DNA of 64,000 nt from Octopus vulgaris (GCA_951406725.2 OX597830.1:46934001-46998000); one strand, 5' to 3'; counted from the first letter of the stretch, positions 1 to 14,233 are shown. Notes: a model not told the origin generated them from the letters alone. Program-made: numbers and translations.

Positions 1-580
1 TATACATGGGCAACCTGAAGCTCTTCTCAAAAACTGAGGCAGAATTGGACAGCCTAGTCCAGTCTGTATGGATTTTCTCCAATTATAGAGTTTGGTGCTA
101 CGATGGTGATGAGACGAGGAAACCTTTTCAGAACAGAAAGCATATGGTTGCCAAGTGATGAAATGATGAAAGCAATTCAACCTCAGTTCAGCTATAAATA
201 CCTGGGAATACTTGAGGCAGATGGAATCAAACACAATGATATGAAGGAAAAGACAAAAAGAGAATACTTGTAGCAAGTAAGAAAAATATTGACTTCAAAG
301 CTAAATGACAGGAACATAATTTCGGCAATAAACCTGCGCGCAGTCCCAGTAGTTCGGTATGGCACTGGAATCCTGAAGTGGACAGAGGAAGAACTAAAGG
401 AGATGGACAGGAAGGCACGAAAGCATCTAACGATGCATAGAGCCCATCACCCATGTGCGGACACCGATCACCTATATATTAAGAGGGCAAATGGAAGAAG
501 GGGACTGATAAGTGTGGAAGACTACTTGCGTATCAAACTCGAGAGCTTAATGAGATACCTAACCCAAACTAAGAGCCGCC
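1..580 (+). mobile_element. Decayed R4/Dong-clade (RLE-type) non-LTR retrotransposon fragment, RT C-terminal/thumb region
   Basis: Translates to YKYLGILEADG, and in ORF 289-663 to SKLNDRNIISAIN..AVPVVRYGTGILKWTEEELKEMDRKARKHLTMHRAHHP..D...LY.KR.NGRRGL, typical of R4/NeSL-type ORFs; stops and frameshifts present. Confidence 0.85.
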
Positions 581-584
581 AACA

Positions 585-1678
585 GAAAGTCATTCACTTG
601 TTATTCATGGACAGTAGACGAACTAAACAGCTTAGACAGAAAAACAAGGAAGTTGCTGACTAGGTATGGGATACTCCACTCAAAAAGTGACACAGAGAGA
701 CAGTATGTACCACGAAAAAGAGGGGGAAGAGGACTTATTGGATGCGAAAACAGTATTAGAGCAGAAGAAAACAACATAGCATGGTATGTAAAATATTCCC
801 AAAGAACCGCTATTATTGGACATAAGAAAGTCAGGCTTGAATAGGATAGAAGATTGCAAAAATGAAGCACCGTACAAGCACTTGAGAATGAATGAAACTG
901 AAAATAGGTGGATAGAGAAAAGAATGCATGGACAATTTTATAGAGATGTTGAAGATAAGACAGACAGAGAAAAAAGATGGCTATAGTAATTTAAAACCGG
1001 AAACGGATGCTCTAATCTGTGCTGCCCAAGAGCAAGCATTATGAACCAATTACATCAAATACAGAATAGACAGAACATCAGAAAGTGATAAGTTCAGAAT
1101 TTATGGACAAAACGGTGAAACCGTATGGCATATTACCAGCCAATGAATGCCACTAGCCCAGAAGGAATATAAGAGACGTCATGACAACATAGCAAGGATT
1201 GTCCATTGGACACTTTGCAACAAGTATGGACTTAACAGAGCAAAAAAGTGGTACGAACATAAACCCGAAGGCATCATCGAAAATGATAATGCAAAGATCC
1301 TATGGGATTTTATGATTCGGTGCGACCATGAGATAGAGAATAGGAAACCAGACATAGTGATAATTGAGAAAGAAAGCAAACGACACTGGATCATAGATAT
1401 AGCATATCCAGCTGACAAGGTATGCGATAAGGAAGAAAGAAAAGGCGAGAGATATGACAGGTTAGCTTGGGAGGTTAAGCAATTGTGGTCACTGAAAAAG
1501 GTGGTAGTAGGGGCTGCAATAAGGGTGGAGCACTTGTAGAAAGCAGCATTGCTTGGAATCACTCGAATACTCCGGAGGGTGCTCGAAAAATAAGGGATGT
1601 CACCTTAGTTCACTGGTAGTGAACGGTTGACACCGTAGTACATCTCCAGCGTTAGAAACTGTGCAAAGAGAATAAAAT

Positions 1679-1680
<2 letters not shown>
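585..1680 (+). mobile_element. Second R4/Dong-type LINE, 5'-truncated, with degenerate CCHC and restriction-like endonuclease, 3'UTR and (TAA)n tail
   Basis: LKPETDALICAAQEQAL, RRHDNIARIVHWTLC, KILWDF, RKPDIVII...IIDIAYP (PD..D RLE motif), LLGITRILRRVL, then a short 3'UTR running into (TAA)n. Confidence 0.88.
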
Positions 1681-1728
<48 letters not shown>

Positions 1729-1747
1729 CAACAACAACAACAACAAC

Positions 1748-1812
<65 letters not shown>

Positions 1813-1888
1813 CAACAATAATAATAATAATAATAACAATAACAATAACAACAATAACAACAATAATAATAATAATAATAACAACAAC

Positions 1889-1920
<32 letters not shown>

Positions 1921-2002
1921 TAACAATAACAACAATAATAATAATAATAATAACAACAACAACAACAACAACAACAACAATAATAATAATAATAACAATA
2001 AC

Positions 2003-2040
<38 letters not shown>

Positions 2041-2176
2041 CAACAACAACAATAATAATAATAATAATAACAATAACAATAACAACAACAATAATAATAA
2101 TAATAATAATAACAACAACAATAACAACAACAACAACAACAACAACAATAATAATAATAATAATAATAACAATAAC

Positions 2177-2221
<45 letters not shown>
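1681..2221. repeat. Compound (AAT/AAC)n trinucleotide microsatellite, about 540 bp
   Basis: Direct reading; trinucleotide phase kept throughout. Confidence 0.98.
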
Positions 2222-2224
<3 letters not shown>

Positions 2225-3429
2225 CCCAATAGATAACTTAGTTAACAATGCGTGAGGGGGAAGCGAGACTAGCAGAATGGTTAAGAAATTAGCTTTCCTA
2301 TTTTGAAGTCCCAGATTCGATTTCATCGCAGGATCTGTAGGTAAATGTCTTTTTCTGTATCCTTGAATCAATTTGAGTCTCGTGAGTGAAGTTGGTTAGT
2401 CAGAAACTGTGCAGAAGCCGGTCGGATAGATTGTAGCAGTAATACAGAAGGGTCCAGTTCTTGTGTATGGATGGGGTAGATTTGTTTTATCGGGTTTGAT
2501 CTGCATCTAAATAGCAACAACAACAACAGCAGCAATCTGGATGATTCCTTTTCGGAGTTATGGATTCACTTAATTAGATAAAAAGCAATATCTTACCCTC
2601 ATTAATTATGGAAGTTGTCAACAAGCAATTTACCGGAAGTACGCCGAGAGACAGAAATCATCAATAAACTATTCTCCATGCTATTTGAAAAAAAACATAA
2701 TAAATAAAGCAAAATTTAACTTTTAAAATATTAATTTACTCGATTTCATTTTTTATTTTCTATTTCTGCGACGAATGTGAAATTCTGGAACATTAATTAG
2801 CCTTGCTAAAGGGTTGATGTTGAAGATACGAGAGTGATCTCATTAAGGTAATTTCTAAAGATTAATTACATTGTCGTTGACATCTATCATGGTTGAGGAA
2901 TAACTGAAGCAAACCTCATGTGAGAAGGTTGTAACATTGATTATAGAATGTTATAAAAAAATCCTATAAATAATCCTGAGTGATTTTTATATTTTTTGCC
3001 ATACTGAGAGAGCGTAGGTTGATGCGATTAAAAGATGACTTCATATGAAGAGATTTATTTATATTATATCGCAATTGGAGTATAATGGTGCCGTTGGTTC
3101 CAGTACTTCAACAGGTCAGTCATTGGCTGCATGTATTTCTGCCCTGAAGAATGACAGAAGAGTCTGTATATCTCAATATAGAACAAGCATCGTCGTGGTC
3201 TTTACTCAAAGAGCACCGTTGTTTTATCGGTGCTCTCGCTGACATCCACACACACACACGCACGCGCGCACACACGCACACACAAACGTGTATATCCATT
3301 TACATACATACATACACTCACACGTATTTTATTTAACTGATGTACTTCGTTTAAATGTCGCATGTTGACAGAGTAACACCTTCTCTATCGTAAATCTTTT
3401 TCCTCATCTCTTTTCGTTGCAGATAAATA

Positions 3430-4065
3430 ATGGGTTCCATGCAGAGGCAGCGTAACTTCATTAAGTTATTGACATGGGCGTCCACGGAAGGCTGGAGATT
3501 GTTTGTAAGGATGACACCATTAACAAGGGCAACCTGCACAGATGCATAAAGAGGTTTAAAGGAAGGGAAACCAGCACTGAAGACAAACCACGCAGCAGGA
3601 AGCTATAATGAGCGTTTACTAAATTAGATCGCCATTAAGTGGGAGAATTGATTTGCACGGATAGACGAGTCACACTCAGTGAGCTTGCTGGTAACAATTC
3701 ATTATAAAAGATTGTGGAAAACTTTGGGTTTCGGAAAATTTGTGTCAACCAGGTTCCTCGGTAGATGGCACCCGATTTGAAGGAGAGAAGGGTGGAAGTT
3801 TGCTCTTATCTGCTACAAACATTTGAAGTCATACCGATAGGTTCCTTGAAGTTCAAGAGTCAGGTCACTATTATGGAGAGATGACAATGGTGTTATTTTC
3901 CTAGATTCTTTGGGACGTGGCTGTATCACGAACAAAAAGCAGCACACTCAGATATTCAGAAAGCTTAGAGAACCATTGGAAGAAAGAGACTAAAGAAAAA
4001 TTTGAAAGGACTTCTCATTTGCAATGACAATGTGCAACTACAGACATCGTTGGCAACAAATTAGG
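3430..4065 (+). mobile_element. Degenerate mariner transposase relic
   Basis: Translates to KRFKGRETSTEDKPRSR (HTH2, W..RF..G....ED.PRSGRP-like), LGFRKICVNQVPR (WVPR-like) and DN motif; many disablements. Confidence 0.7.
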
Positions 4066-4076
4066 TGCTTTTATTT

Positions 4077-4114
<38 letters not shown>

Positions 4115-4410
4115 TTAATTCCACGTACAAGCAGTTATGATAGAAGATACTTGCCCAAGGTGTTGCGAGTGATATCTATACTAGAATATCATTGTTGCGA
4201 AAAGAACTTGTAAACCACCCAACTGTGTTTGTGTTGATGTTAGCCATAATGTTTTAAAATGGATTGTAATTGATCCATTGGTGGATTAATGAGATGAAGA
4301 ATCTGTCTCCATAATGGTTTTCGATTAAAAATATCATAAATGCTCATGAATTCAGGATCTCATTGAATTAATTTTGTGTTAAATCTCACCAATAACTGCA
4401 GAGAATGAAC

Positions 4411-4469
<59 letters not shown>

Positions 4470-5214
4470 CATTTATAAATGTAAATATGTGAATACGTTT
4501 CAGTGCGTATTTCTTTCTATCTTTATTTGAAGTGTAATTAGTTTGATGTAATTAATTCAACCTTCATTCTATGTAGGCGTATTTAAATGTTCAAATGTTC
4601 GCTTATGTTACTATATTCCTTATAAATGCCTCATCGTTCTGGGTACTGTTGTTGCTTTTATGCACATAAATTTGTGTTTATGTTGTATCTATAAACATGT
4701 GAAAATACGGAAGGACGTTTATGCGTTTATATATATCCGAATAACGTACATCTGATTTTCTAGCGATTATCTTAATGACTTTACTAATCCACACTAATTA
4801 ATGGGGAAAATAAACAACATTAATATTATCCGGTTATTTCGATCTACAAGACCAGGGGGGTGGTGGTGCTTGCGATGATTATATGTATTGTCCCCATTTT
4901 CTTTCTTTACCTCCGTTTCGTAACACTGCATGTTAACTCATTAAATTTCACATATCCCTCTCCTATATTTTCCTAACGTTCTCAGGAAAAATAAGAGATT
5001 GTTCATAATTTTCAGAGATATGCTTAAACTAGGTGATCGGAATAACTGAGTCTAGGATAAGAAAGCCATACTGTCTACGTGGAACTTGGCATTTTGATGG
5101 TTCCCATTTATTCTTCTAATTATTCGAGGGAGTGCTGAAGAGTTCCTGACTTTAAGAGTATCGCGAAAGGCCGAGTCGGAGGCGCAACCCACCCGAGCTC
5201 TTTTACAGGGTTTA

Positions 5215-5344
5215 GAAAAACTGAAGGACCACTGCAATAGGTGTGTGAATCTGAGCAGGGAATATGTTGAATAAAATCATAATTACATGATCCTCCTGTA
5301 TTTTTTTAACTCAAAGCCTGGAACTTTTCAGCCCTCACTTCGTA
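5215..5344 (+). mobile_element. Mariner 3' end fragment with terminal inverted repeat
   Basis: NRCVNLSREYVE* C-terminus followed by GGAACTTTTCAGCCCTCACTTCGTA, a TIR-like end closing on TA. Confidence 0.55.
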
Positions 5345-5421
5345 CAAACAGTAGGAGTTGAAGCAACTGACGCATAGGAAGAAACAGTTGGTCTATTATT
5401 CAATGTTCCACTTAATGATGC

Positions 5422-5422
<1 letters not shown>

Positions 5423-5512
<90 letters not shown>
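5423..5512. repeat. (TATC)n microsatellite
   Basis: Direct reading. Confidence 0.97.
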
Positions 5513-5515
<3 letters not shown>

Positions 5516-5666
5516 ATAAATCTTATCCAGTTATTTAATTTTACAAGATATATATATATAAATACTTAAACGTCCCTTCGTATCTTCGCATATGTATAGA
5601 TAGAATATAAATACAAACACACACATACACACATATGTATAGCAAAAGCTCTCTCTCTCTCTACAG

Positions 5667-6060
<394 letters not shown>

Positions 6061-6125
6061 GTAAATATAAAAAATATAGTAGCACATAAAAACAGGTATT
6101 GTGTCCATTAAATAATATGTATATA

Positions 6126-6206
<81 letters not shown>

Positions 6207-6757
6207 GTATATTCCACCAGTAAGTTTCATCAAGCTAGTTTTTGGTGTGGTTTCATGTTTCATGTTTGTGATATGATATAGCTTAAGAAACAAGGCCTCG
6301 TAGTCTTGACTTGATGTCACATCGAGTGATAATATGTTAATTCGCCGGTTCCTTTGTATTCCAATATTTGAATCACACTGTCATATTTTACGAGTAATTT
6401 CTCGCTTTTATAGATATTGTTTTTTTAACTATAAGTAAATAATACTCGCTTAATTTGATGTTGTTGCCGGTAGTAATAGGCAGGTATTGGCCTAATGGAC
6501 ATATACTAATGTATTGCTTATGTTTTTTTTAACGCTGTTGGCACGGCTGAATTGATTGGTCCTGGTCAGGGGTGGAAATCATAATGATATCTGTTTGGCA
6601 GCTGATGATGACGGGAATACATATTTGTTATGCATATTTGTGGATTCGTGGTTTGTGGAGATTACTTACATTGATATTAATAGTTTTTCTTGATAGATAA
6701 TCTTATTAAGCTCAGATAACGCTTAGATATCGGTGTCTAGTTCTGGGAGGTTCTGTG

Positions 6758-6838
<81 letters not shown>

Positions 6839-6995
6839 ATTATATATGAGTGGATAAAAAAAACGAAAGAAAATAACGCTCAACACATTTGTCAGAAATT
6901 ACGGGATAGGTTCGTTCTAAGAGCTTACGAGACTTTAAGACGTATAGAGTCAAAGTGTTATTAAATAGTAATGATGGTAGTGATGATGGTAAAGA

Positions 6996-6996
<1 letters not shown>

Positions 6997-7050
<54 letters not shown>

Positions 7051-8050
7051 TTCTTTTTATCACAGGCTTTGTTGGAGCTCCTTGAGTCTTGCATGCGTGG
7101 CGGGTTTACTACCAGCAGCCTAGGGTACCATGCTATCCGTTCTTTTCAGCTAATACTTTCCTGATTATTCTGGTCGTGCCAAGGAGGCAAAAGTTTTGTA
7201 ACAGTTCTACCGGAAACTCTATACCAATTTCCTTTATATTTTTCTTGATACTTTCTAATACCGTTCCCAAGGACCCAAAAATAATTGGCACTATCTTCAC
7301 CTTCTACATTTTCCATTGCCGGGCTATTTCGTGCTTAAGAGGGTTGTATCCTTCTATCTTTTCGCCTTTCTTCTTGACTATTCGTGGGTCAAAGGGGAAT
7401 GCAGCATCAACTATATAGCATATGTAGTGCACTTTGTCCACCACCACTAGGCCTGGTCAGTTATGCTCTAGCACCTGATCTGTTTGGACTGGGAAATTCC
7501 AGAGGATTTTGCTAGTCTCTGACTCCGCCACCCTCTGCGGTTTGTGTTCGTACTAGGTCTTGCCTCTCTCTAGCCCCCACTTTTGACACAGTTTCCAATG
7601 TAGCACTTTCGCTACCTGATCGTGTCGCCACAACTTGTAGTGGTTTTGGGCACGTCTAGGGCATTCGTTTATGATATGTGTAATGATTTCACCCACTCTA
7701 TTGCAGATGCCGTTCGTGGCCAAAGCTTGGTCCTGCGCTGCCAGTATAGAGTTCTCGGTTTCATTTTTTAGGGTTCCTTTCATCAGCCAATCCCATCTAT
7801 TTTTTCCCGGTAACATGTGTTTTGGCTATATTGAATTGATTGCGTAGCCCCTTCTTGCGTAGTTCTTCATCATGCCCTTTTTGTACTTCTTCCTTTGTTT
7901 ATCCTTTTTTCTCTGCTTTCAAAACTCCTCCCTCGTTCTTAACTGTCACTAGCAAGGTTTCCTTACTTTGGGCTAGGTATCTCATTAAACTCTCGAGTTC
8001 GATACGCACGCAGTCTTCTACATTTATCAGTCCTCTCCCTCCATTTCTAG
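6997..8050 (-). mobile_element. R4/Dong-type LINE 3' part with (TAA)n tail (6997-7050)
   Basis: WDWLMKGTLKNETENSILAAQDQALATN, THIINEC..AQNHYKLWRHDQVAK.LHWKLC, downstream RLE and LLGTTRIIRKVL; ends in (TAA)n on the minus strand. Confidence 0.85.
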
Positions 8051-8820
8051 GCCTTCTATATTTCTTAACCTATCTTAGATTTCATGCAGCCACTCCGCCT
8101 CATTATTATGCTCTACAGGGTAGTACCAGATCACACTCCAGAATGTCCCCCTTTTCTCTGCATCTGGTATCATTGTTACGTGTATTTGCCCATCTAGTTC
8201 CTAAAACAGTTCCTTCTGATTTGCTTCAAACAATCCGTTCTGCTTGAATTATTTTCATTTATTGTCATATCTTTCCTCTTTTGCTTTGATTGCTCCTACT
8301 CTTCTTTGTTTCAATTCTTCCAATATCACATCATACCCTTTCTCTTTTATTCTATATGTTCTTTCCAGCATTATTCTTATGCTTTCGCTCTGCAATTCTC
8401 CTCTTTTCAATCTATCAACTTGTCCTAAATGGCTTTAGCTTTGTTTGGTTCTCACAAATATTCGTCTACGCCAGAACGGTTCTTTACGATCTGTTTGTTC
8501 TCTTCTTTTGTATCCAACTCTATCTGCAGTAACCATAGCTGCAGCCCAAATAATCTTTGTAGTTTCAGTTATATTTCTCGTCTGGAACAGCCGAAGAACC
8601 GAATCTATCTTTTCGGTTTCAACCTTGCGCTTGCGTTGGTCAATGTACCTTCAGGTTGAGGTGGTGGCTGCTTGATCCTGGTCTTCTCTAATTTATCTAC
8701 ACAGCGTCCGCATTATGTCTTGTCTGTGATACAGCTTTTCTTATTACTTCTGCTTCATTAACCGAGAATGTCTTTACATTTACACTTTGCTCTACTTCTT
8801 CACTGCTGCCTTTAATTTTC
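8050..8820 (-). mobile_element. N-terminal/pre-RT fragment of an R4/Dong-like LINE
   Basis: K/R/E-rich decayed reading with Q..QNRLF..DEKY and FWSVIW-like motifs, colinear with the 3' part but with the RT missing between them. Confidence 0.55.
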
Positions 8821-8826
8821 CTGTTT

Positions 8827-8827
8827 G

Positions 8828-8904
<77 letters not shown>

Positions 8905-8923
8905 GTCATCATCGTCATCATCG

Positions 8924-8983
<60 letters not shown>

Positions 8984-9088
8984 CCATCATCGTCGTCGTC
9001 GTCGTCATCGTCATCATCATCATCATCAACATCGCCATCGTAGTCGTCGTCGTCGTCGTCGTCGTCGTCATCATCATCATCATCATCA
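8827..9088. repeat. (ATC/GTC)n trinucleotide microsatellite
   Basis: Direct reading. Confidence 0.97.
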
Positions 9089-10448
9089 TTATTATTCAAA
9101 AAATTGGGAAAAGATTAAAGAGACCACTAATATGTGTTTGGGAAACATGTTGAAGGGTGGGTTTCTCTCTTTCACCGCAGCGCCCTCTCGTGTATATGTC
9201 TAACTGAAACCTCGTCTAATGGTTTATTCCGAGTCTGAAGAAAATAATTCAAATTTTGTGCACTTTGGGGGGAATAATTTTGTTCGTCAAGCTTTATAGA
9301 GCACATGAGTTTTGGTGGGAGGAATTTCTGTCCATCAAAAACTCAATGTTGCGAATGATTCTAGAGCTTCGTGAGCATACGTCCCAAACTGTTTGTCCCT
9401 AATAGGGATACATTTTCATTTATTAATGAAGGAAGGTAAACCTCGCTAAACCCCCATTTATATCTCATGATATCTGAGCTGACAGGATATTACTGCTTAG
9501 TTGATTGTTACTAACCAAGAAATGTACATTCCCGTCTCTCTTCACCCCCATTAAATGAGTTCACATTTCCGTATTCCTAAATTTAAGCTTAGCTATAGTT
9601 GGAAAAAAAACATGAGAGGAAGGTAGCTGCGCATTTTTAAAACCTTGAAAGTGAGACTATATCTCCAGTAGACACATGGGCTTCTACCTCCTCCAATCGT
9701 TCGCCATATTTTATTTTACTGGGAATAGATATAAGAATTTTCTTCGTGGTGGGGAGGAATTAGAATCCGAAGAAGGGTATACTTTTACATCTGAACGAGA
9801 CTAAAAGCAATATATCTAAAAAAATTTTATTCCCAACTTCAGCTGCAATTTTTTAAAGCTATCATTTCTTTTCCTGTAATTTCCATGTCCCATTAATTCA
9901 GAATATAACTCCTGCCTTTGCACTCTTTTTCTGTTCACTCTTTTCACAGCAACAATTTTTGCATTAAAAATATCACAAACTATAAAAGATAAAAAAACTC
10001 AGTTTTTTTCCCCAAAAGTTTAAACTACAGTAAAAAGTATATTTTATCAATTAACTAAAATTAAATTATGTAAAATGTCATCAAAGAAGCCAAAACAAAA
10101 CAGAAAAAGCTAATAAGAGAGCAGTGAATGAATTAAAGGATTCTAGTGTGGAAATAGCGGAACAAATATGAATGAAAGAATCAGTCTCAGGCAAAACGAG
10201 CCTGACTAGGTTCAAATTCTCGAAAAATATCTTGGTCGGACTCCGGGTCTTCTCGTCTCTAGGGTTTTCTATAAGTAAGTTTGAAATACTTCGAATGGTT
10301 TTATTTTTTTGCGATCTATCTGCTCCTTTTTAATCTTCACAGGAGTGTAGAGGCTGAAACTCACTGAGATTGTTTACTATTTCATTGATAGTAATATTTC
10401 TTTAGATTTCTTGGTTTAAGGATCAGAAACTGTGGGATTCTGGAAATA

Positions 10449-10589
10449 TAAGGTTGTCCCGAAAGTTCGTAGAAAGTCTTGGAAAATAATGGTCTTTATT
10501 TTGAGGAATAATTTTTGTTGTTTTTGTTAGTACTTGGCGAGTAAAAATTCAATTTTCGCAAGTGTTTACGAACTTTTGGGACAACCTAA
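10449..10589. mobile_element. Mariner-derived MITE, about 141 bp, with TA target-site duplication
   Basis: TIRs TAAGGTTGTCCCGAAAGTTCGTA / TACGAACTTTTGGGACAACCTAA flanked by TA (10447-48, 10590-91); the TTAGGTTG terminus resembles Hsmar1/MADE1 ends. Confidence 0.85.
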
Positions 10590-11107
10590 TAAAAGTTTTT
10601 GTATTTCCATTCTCCCCTCCTGTATCTCATTGAGTACAAAACCACCCACAAGATCTTCAGTTTTCAGATCGTTCTCTTGATAATATTTGTTTTTCTGAAT
10701 TCTTTTTCCAACATAAGAGATTATAATTGTTTTATCTTTTCGGTGTTTCTGAATGTATTAATTGTTCAGTAATTAACACCACAAGATTTCTTGTGCTCTC
10801 CAACAGCATCATTGATAACTTGTAACATTGAGGTGGATGGCTTTTTCTTAAATCTCGTTAAATCTCGTTAAATCTCGTCACTCAAACGACAACCAGAAAA
10901 GTATTTTAAAAACCTTGTTTCAAAATGTTCTTAAGTTGAATATATTCCATCGCTGTCTCTGTCGAATCGGTTATACGTGGAGATATATGTGTGTGATGGC
11001 GGCAGCGGCTCGTTTACATTATTTTCGATCTGTCAAATGACAAATTTTGGCCGAGTTTTGAGAAGATCGCTTAGGAGGGAATAACAATTGCTATACGTGA
11101 CTGTTAA

Positions 11108-11492
11108 GTGGAGACGCAATGGCCCAGTGGTTAGGGCAGCGGACTCGCGCTCGTAGGATCGCGGTTTCGATTCCCAGACCGGGCGTTGTGAGTGTTTATT
11201 GAGCGAAAACACCTAAAGCTCCACGAGGCTCCGGCAGGGGATGGTGGTGATCCCTGCTGTACTCTTTCACCACAACTTTCTCTCACTCTTACTTCCTGTT
11301 TCTGTTGTACCTGTATTTCAAAGGGTCGGCCTTGTCACTCTCTGTGTCACGCTGAATATCCCCGAGAACTACGTTAAGGGTACACGTGTCTGTGGAGTGC
11401 TCAGCCACTTACACGTTAATTTCACGAGCAGGTTGTTCCGTTGATCGGATCAACCGGAACCCTCGTCGACGTAACCGACGGAGTGCTTCCCC
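11108..11492 (+). mobile_element. tRNA-derived SINE, family A, full length
   Basis: A box TGGCCCAGTGG, B box GGTTTCGATTCC; near-identical copies at 31443-31835 and 38858-39233; flanked by ACGTGACTGTTA/ACGTGACTATTA (12-bp TSD, 1 mismatch). Confidence 0.9.
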
Positions 11493-12234
11493 ACGTGACT
11501 ATTATTTTCTTTGCCAACAAAGATGTTTGTTGCTAAAGTTGTTTTGCTGTGAAAAAAAATTTAAGCTCAGGAAAATTTCGTCCCAGTGTTTTTTGGCCGC
11601 TTCATATCAGTAAATTTTGATTTAAATATAAAGACCAAACGAAGCGAGAAGAGAACATTCATCATCTTAACTAACTTAAAGCTGTTGTTTGCACTGCCTG
11701 TTATTGTGTCAGTGTTGGCGTTGTTATCAACGTTAGCCATTATCGTAAAAGCGAAGTGTAAGATATATTTTGTAATTCGATCTGTATAACGCTAAGTTGG
11801 TACGTAGAAGATATTTCTGTTATTTATAACAGAAGAAAATAAACCAGTTACTGATTTTAACTGGCGAGATGGGCATAATTGGAAAGGAAACGTTTAAAAC
11901 GTATTCTTAAACAGTCCTCTACGCCTGCCCGTCTCATGTTGATGGTACCATTTGTATGCTTGTCTGTATGTACGCATGTATGTATGTATGTATGCATGTA
12001 TGTATGTATGTATGTATGTATGTATGTATGTATGTATGTATGTATGTATGTATGTATATATGTACTTAGCGACATCAACAATGAGCACAACTACACATTT
12101 TAGAAACAGAAATAAAAATCTATGCCATATCCTAAAGTCTTAAGAAATTTGAAGGTCACATCTTACAATTCGAGATACAGCTACCATGTTTTAGCCTCCC
12201 GTCTCCAGGAAAACCAAGGCTAAGTGCCCTATAA

Positions 12235-12321
<87 letters not shown>

Positions 12322-12339
12322 ATGTATGTATATATATAA

Positions 12340-12510
12340 TTGGTTTCAAATTTTGGCACAGGGTCAACAATTTCGAGGATTACACCGACCCCAGTGCTCA
12401 TCTGGTACTTATTTCATCGATCCAGAATGAATGAAAGGCGAAGTCGACCTCGTCGGAATTTGAACTCACAACGTAAGCATTTTGCCTGGAGTGCTAAAGA
12501 TTCTGCCAGC
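12340..12510 (-). mobile_element. SINE family C copy with the common tail (..GTGCCAAAATTTGAAACC)
   Basis: GCTGGCAGAATC..GAGTTCAAATTCCG.CGAGGTCGAC.T.GCCTTTCAT core shared with many copies in the window. Confidence 0.8.
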
Positions 12511-12559
12511 ATGTATGTATGTATGTATGTATGTATGTATGTATGTATGTATGTATGTA

Positions 12560-12756
12560 TGTATGTATGTATGTATGTATGTGTGTATGTATGTATGTAT
12601 GTATATATGTGTATGTGTGTGTATATCTATATCTATGTGTGTGTATATATGCATGTATGCATGTATGTATCTGCCTGTCTGTCCGTCTATCTATCTATAT
12701 GTATGTGTGTATATATATGTGCATATATATGTATACACATATGTATATATACATAT

Positions 12757-12802
<46 letters not shown>

Positions 12803-12999
12803 ATATGTATATATACATATGTGTATACATATATATGCACATATATATACACACATACATATAGATAGATAGACGGACAGACAGGCAGATACATACATGC
12901 ATACATGCATATATACACACACATAGATATAGATATACACACACATACACATATATACATACATACATACATACACACATACATACATACATACATACA
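12560..12999. repeat. Perfect 440-bp palindrome of compound microsatellite centred on (TA)n
   Basis: CTGCCTGTCTGTCCGTCTATC is mirrored by GATAGACGGACAGACAGGCAG; the ORF track gives identical peptides on both strands; centre 12779/12780. Confidence 0.92.
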
Positions 13000-13037
13000 A
13001 CCATATAATAATATAAATAATATATATATATATTATT

Positions 13038-13113
<76 letters not shown>

Positions 13114-13775
13114 ATATATATATATATTATTTATATTATTATATGGTTGAATGCCACGCATCCTCTTCCAAGTAAGTTTTATAGTAATAATTCTGATGCG
13201 CACTCTATACGATCTTTTTACTCTTTCGTTTTTCTCTCTTTTTATCTCTTATTCTTTTACCTCCTCTATTCTATCCTATTACTCTGTCACTCTCTCTCCC
13301 TCACTCTTCCTCCCTTGCTCACGTGGCTCGCACGTGACCATCGACCATCTTTCTTTCTTGTGTTTCTTTCCTTCTCTTCGTTGTAGCTGGAACAAGGAAG
13401 ACATGTTTTTGACTATCTCCTATCCAAGCTTGATTTACGCGTTCGCCACCACAACCTCGTTTAGGCTTAGCAGCCATTTCTGTTTGTCTTCAATGTCCTG
13501 TTTGTGTTACCAATTTTGACCCTCCGCAAAATACCAAATTTTATTTAATTTGCTTTGCGGGAGCAACTATTTTATCGAAAGTGTATATTGTTGTTAAATG
13601 CTCGAAATACGAGAGTAGAAAATACAGCCAACAGCTGATGAAGGGTCATTCTTTATGTTGTTTGTCTTGTTTGGAATTTGTGTCTTTCGTTATTTGAAAA
13701 AATAGTCCATATTCCATGTACTCATACTTCGTATTTTTTTGTTGTACACGTTTCATGACGTCCTGTGCCCTAATA

Positions 13776-13878
<103 letters not shown>

Positions 13879-13927
13879 GAACGCCACGCATCCTCTTCTA
13901 AGTATGCTTTATCTTATTCATTCATTC

Positions 13928-14233
13928 ATATATTTGTTGTGCAAGATTTTTTTATGTGAAGTCGTGTTGAAACAGATATTGTTGTATTTCGGAATGGTCA
14001 TTTCGCCAGTTTAGCCAGTTTAGCCAATGGATGACGGTTAGTAAGGAGAGACACACAAATAAGAAAGAAGAAAGCAAAGGACCACTGATGCGGTCACAGG
14101 ATGTGACGAAAGAACTCTGGCCGAAATAAGATTAAGTTTAATGTAAAAAATAAATAACACTGAAGCAAAGTAACACCAAATATATAGTGCATGTGTTTTT
14201 ATTGGCTAACTGGTAAAATGACCATTCCGAAAT

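Noticed and set aside
1600-2371. Long poly-L / poly-I/V ORFs, and poly-Asn with apparently synonymous AAT/AAC variation
   Set aside because: Pure trinucleotide microsatellite next to a LINE tail; T/C transitions plus slippage explain the codon-like pattern
8697-9203. Poly-Asp/His/Ser/Met ORFs resembling acidic biomineralisation or His-rich proteins
   Set aside because: (ATC/GTC)n microsatellite; open frames are expected, and there is no signal peptide or splice context
9100-10300. Possible decayed LINE or host exon
   Set aside because: No motif recognised with confidence in any frame
10848-10878. TTAAATCTCG x3
   Set aside because: Short slippage duplication with no further structure
11108-11185. 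tRNA gene
   Set aside because: The tRNA-like head continues into a repeated SINE body with TSDs; no complete cloverleaf or terminator. The same applies to the other SINE heads
13634-13660. CTGATGAAGGG as a hammerhead
   Set aside because: No closing stem II or GAAA at a suitable distance
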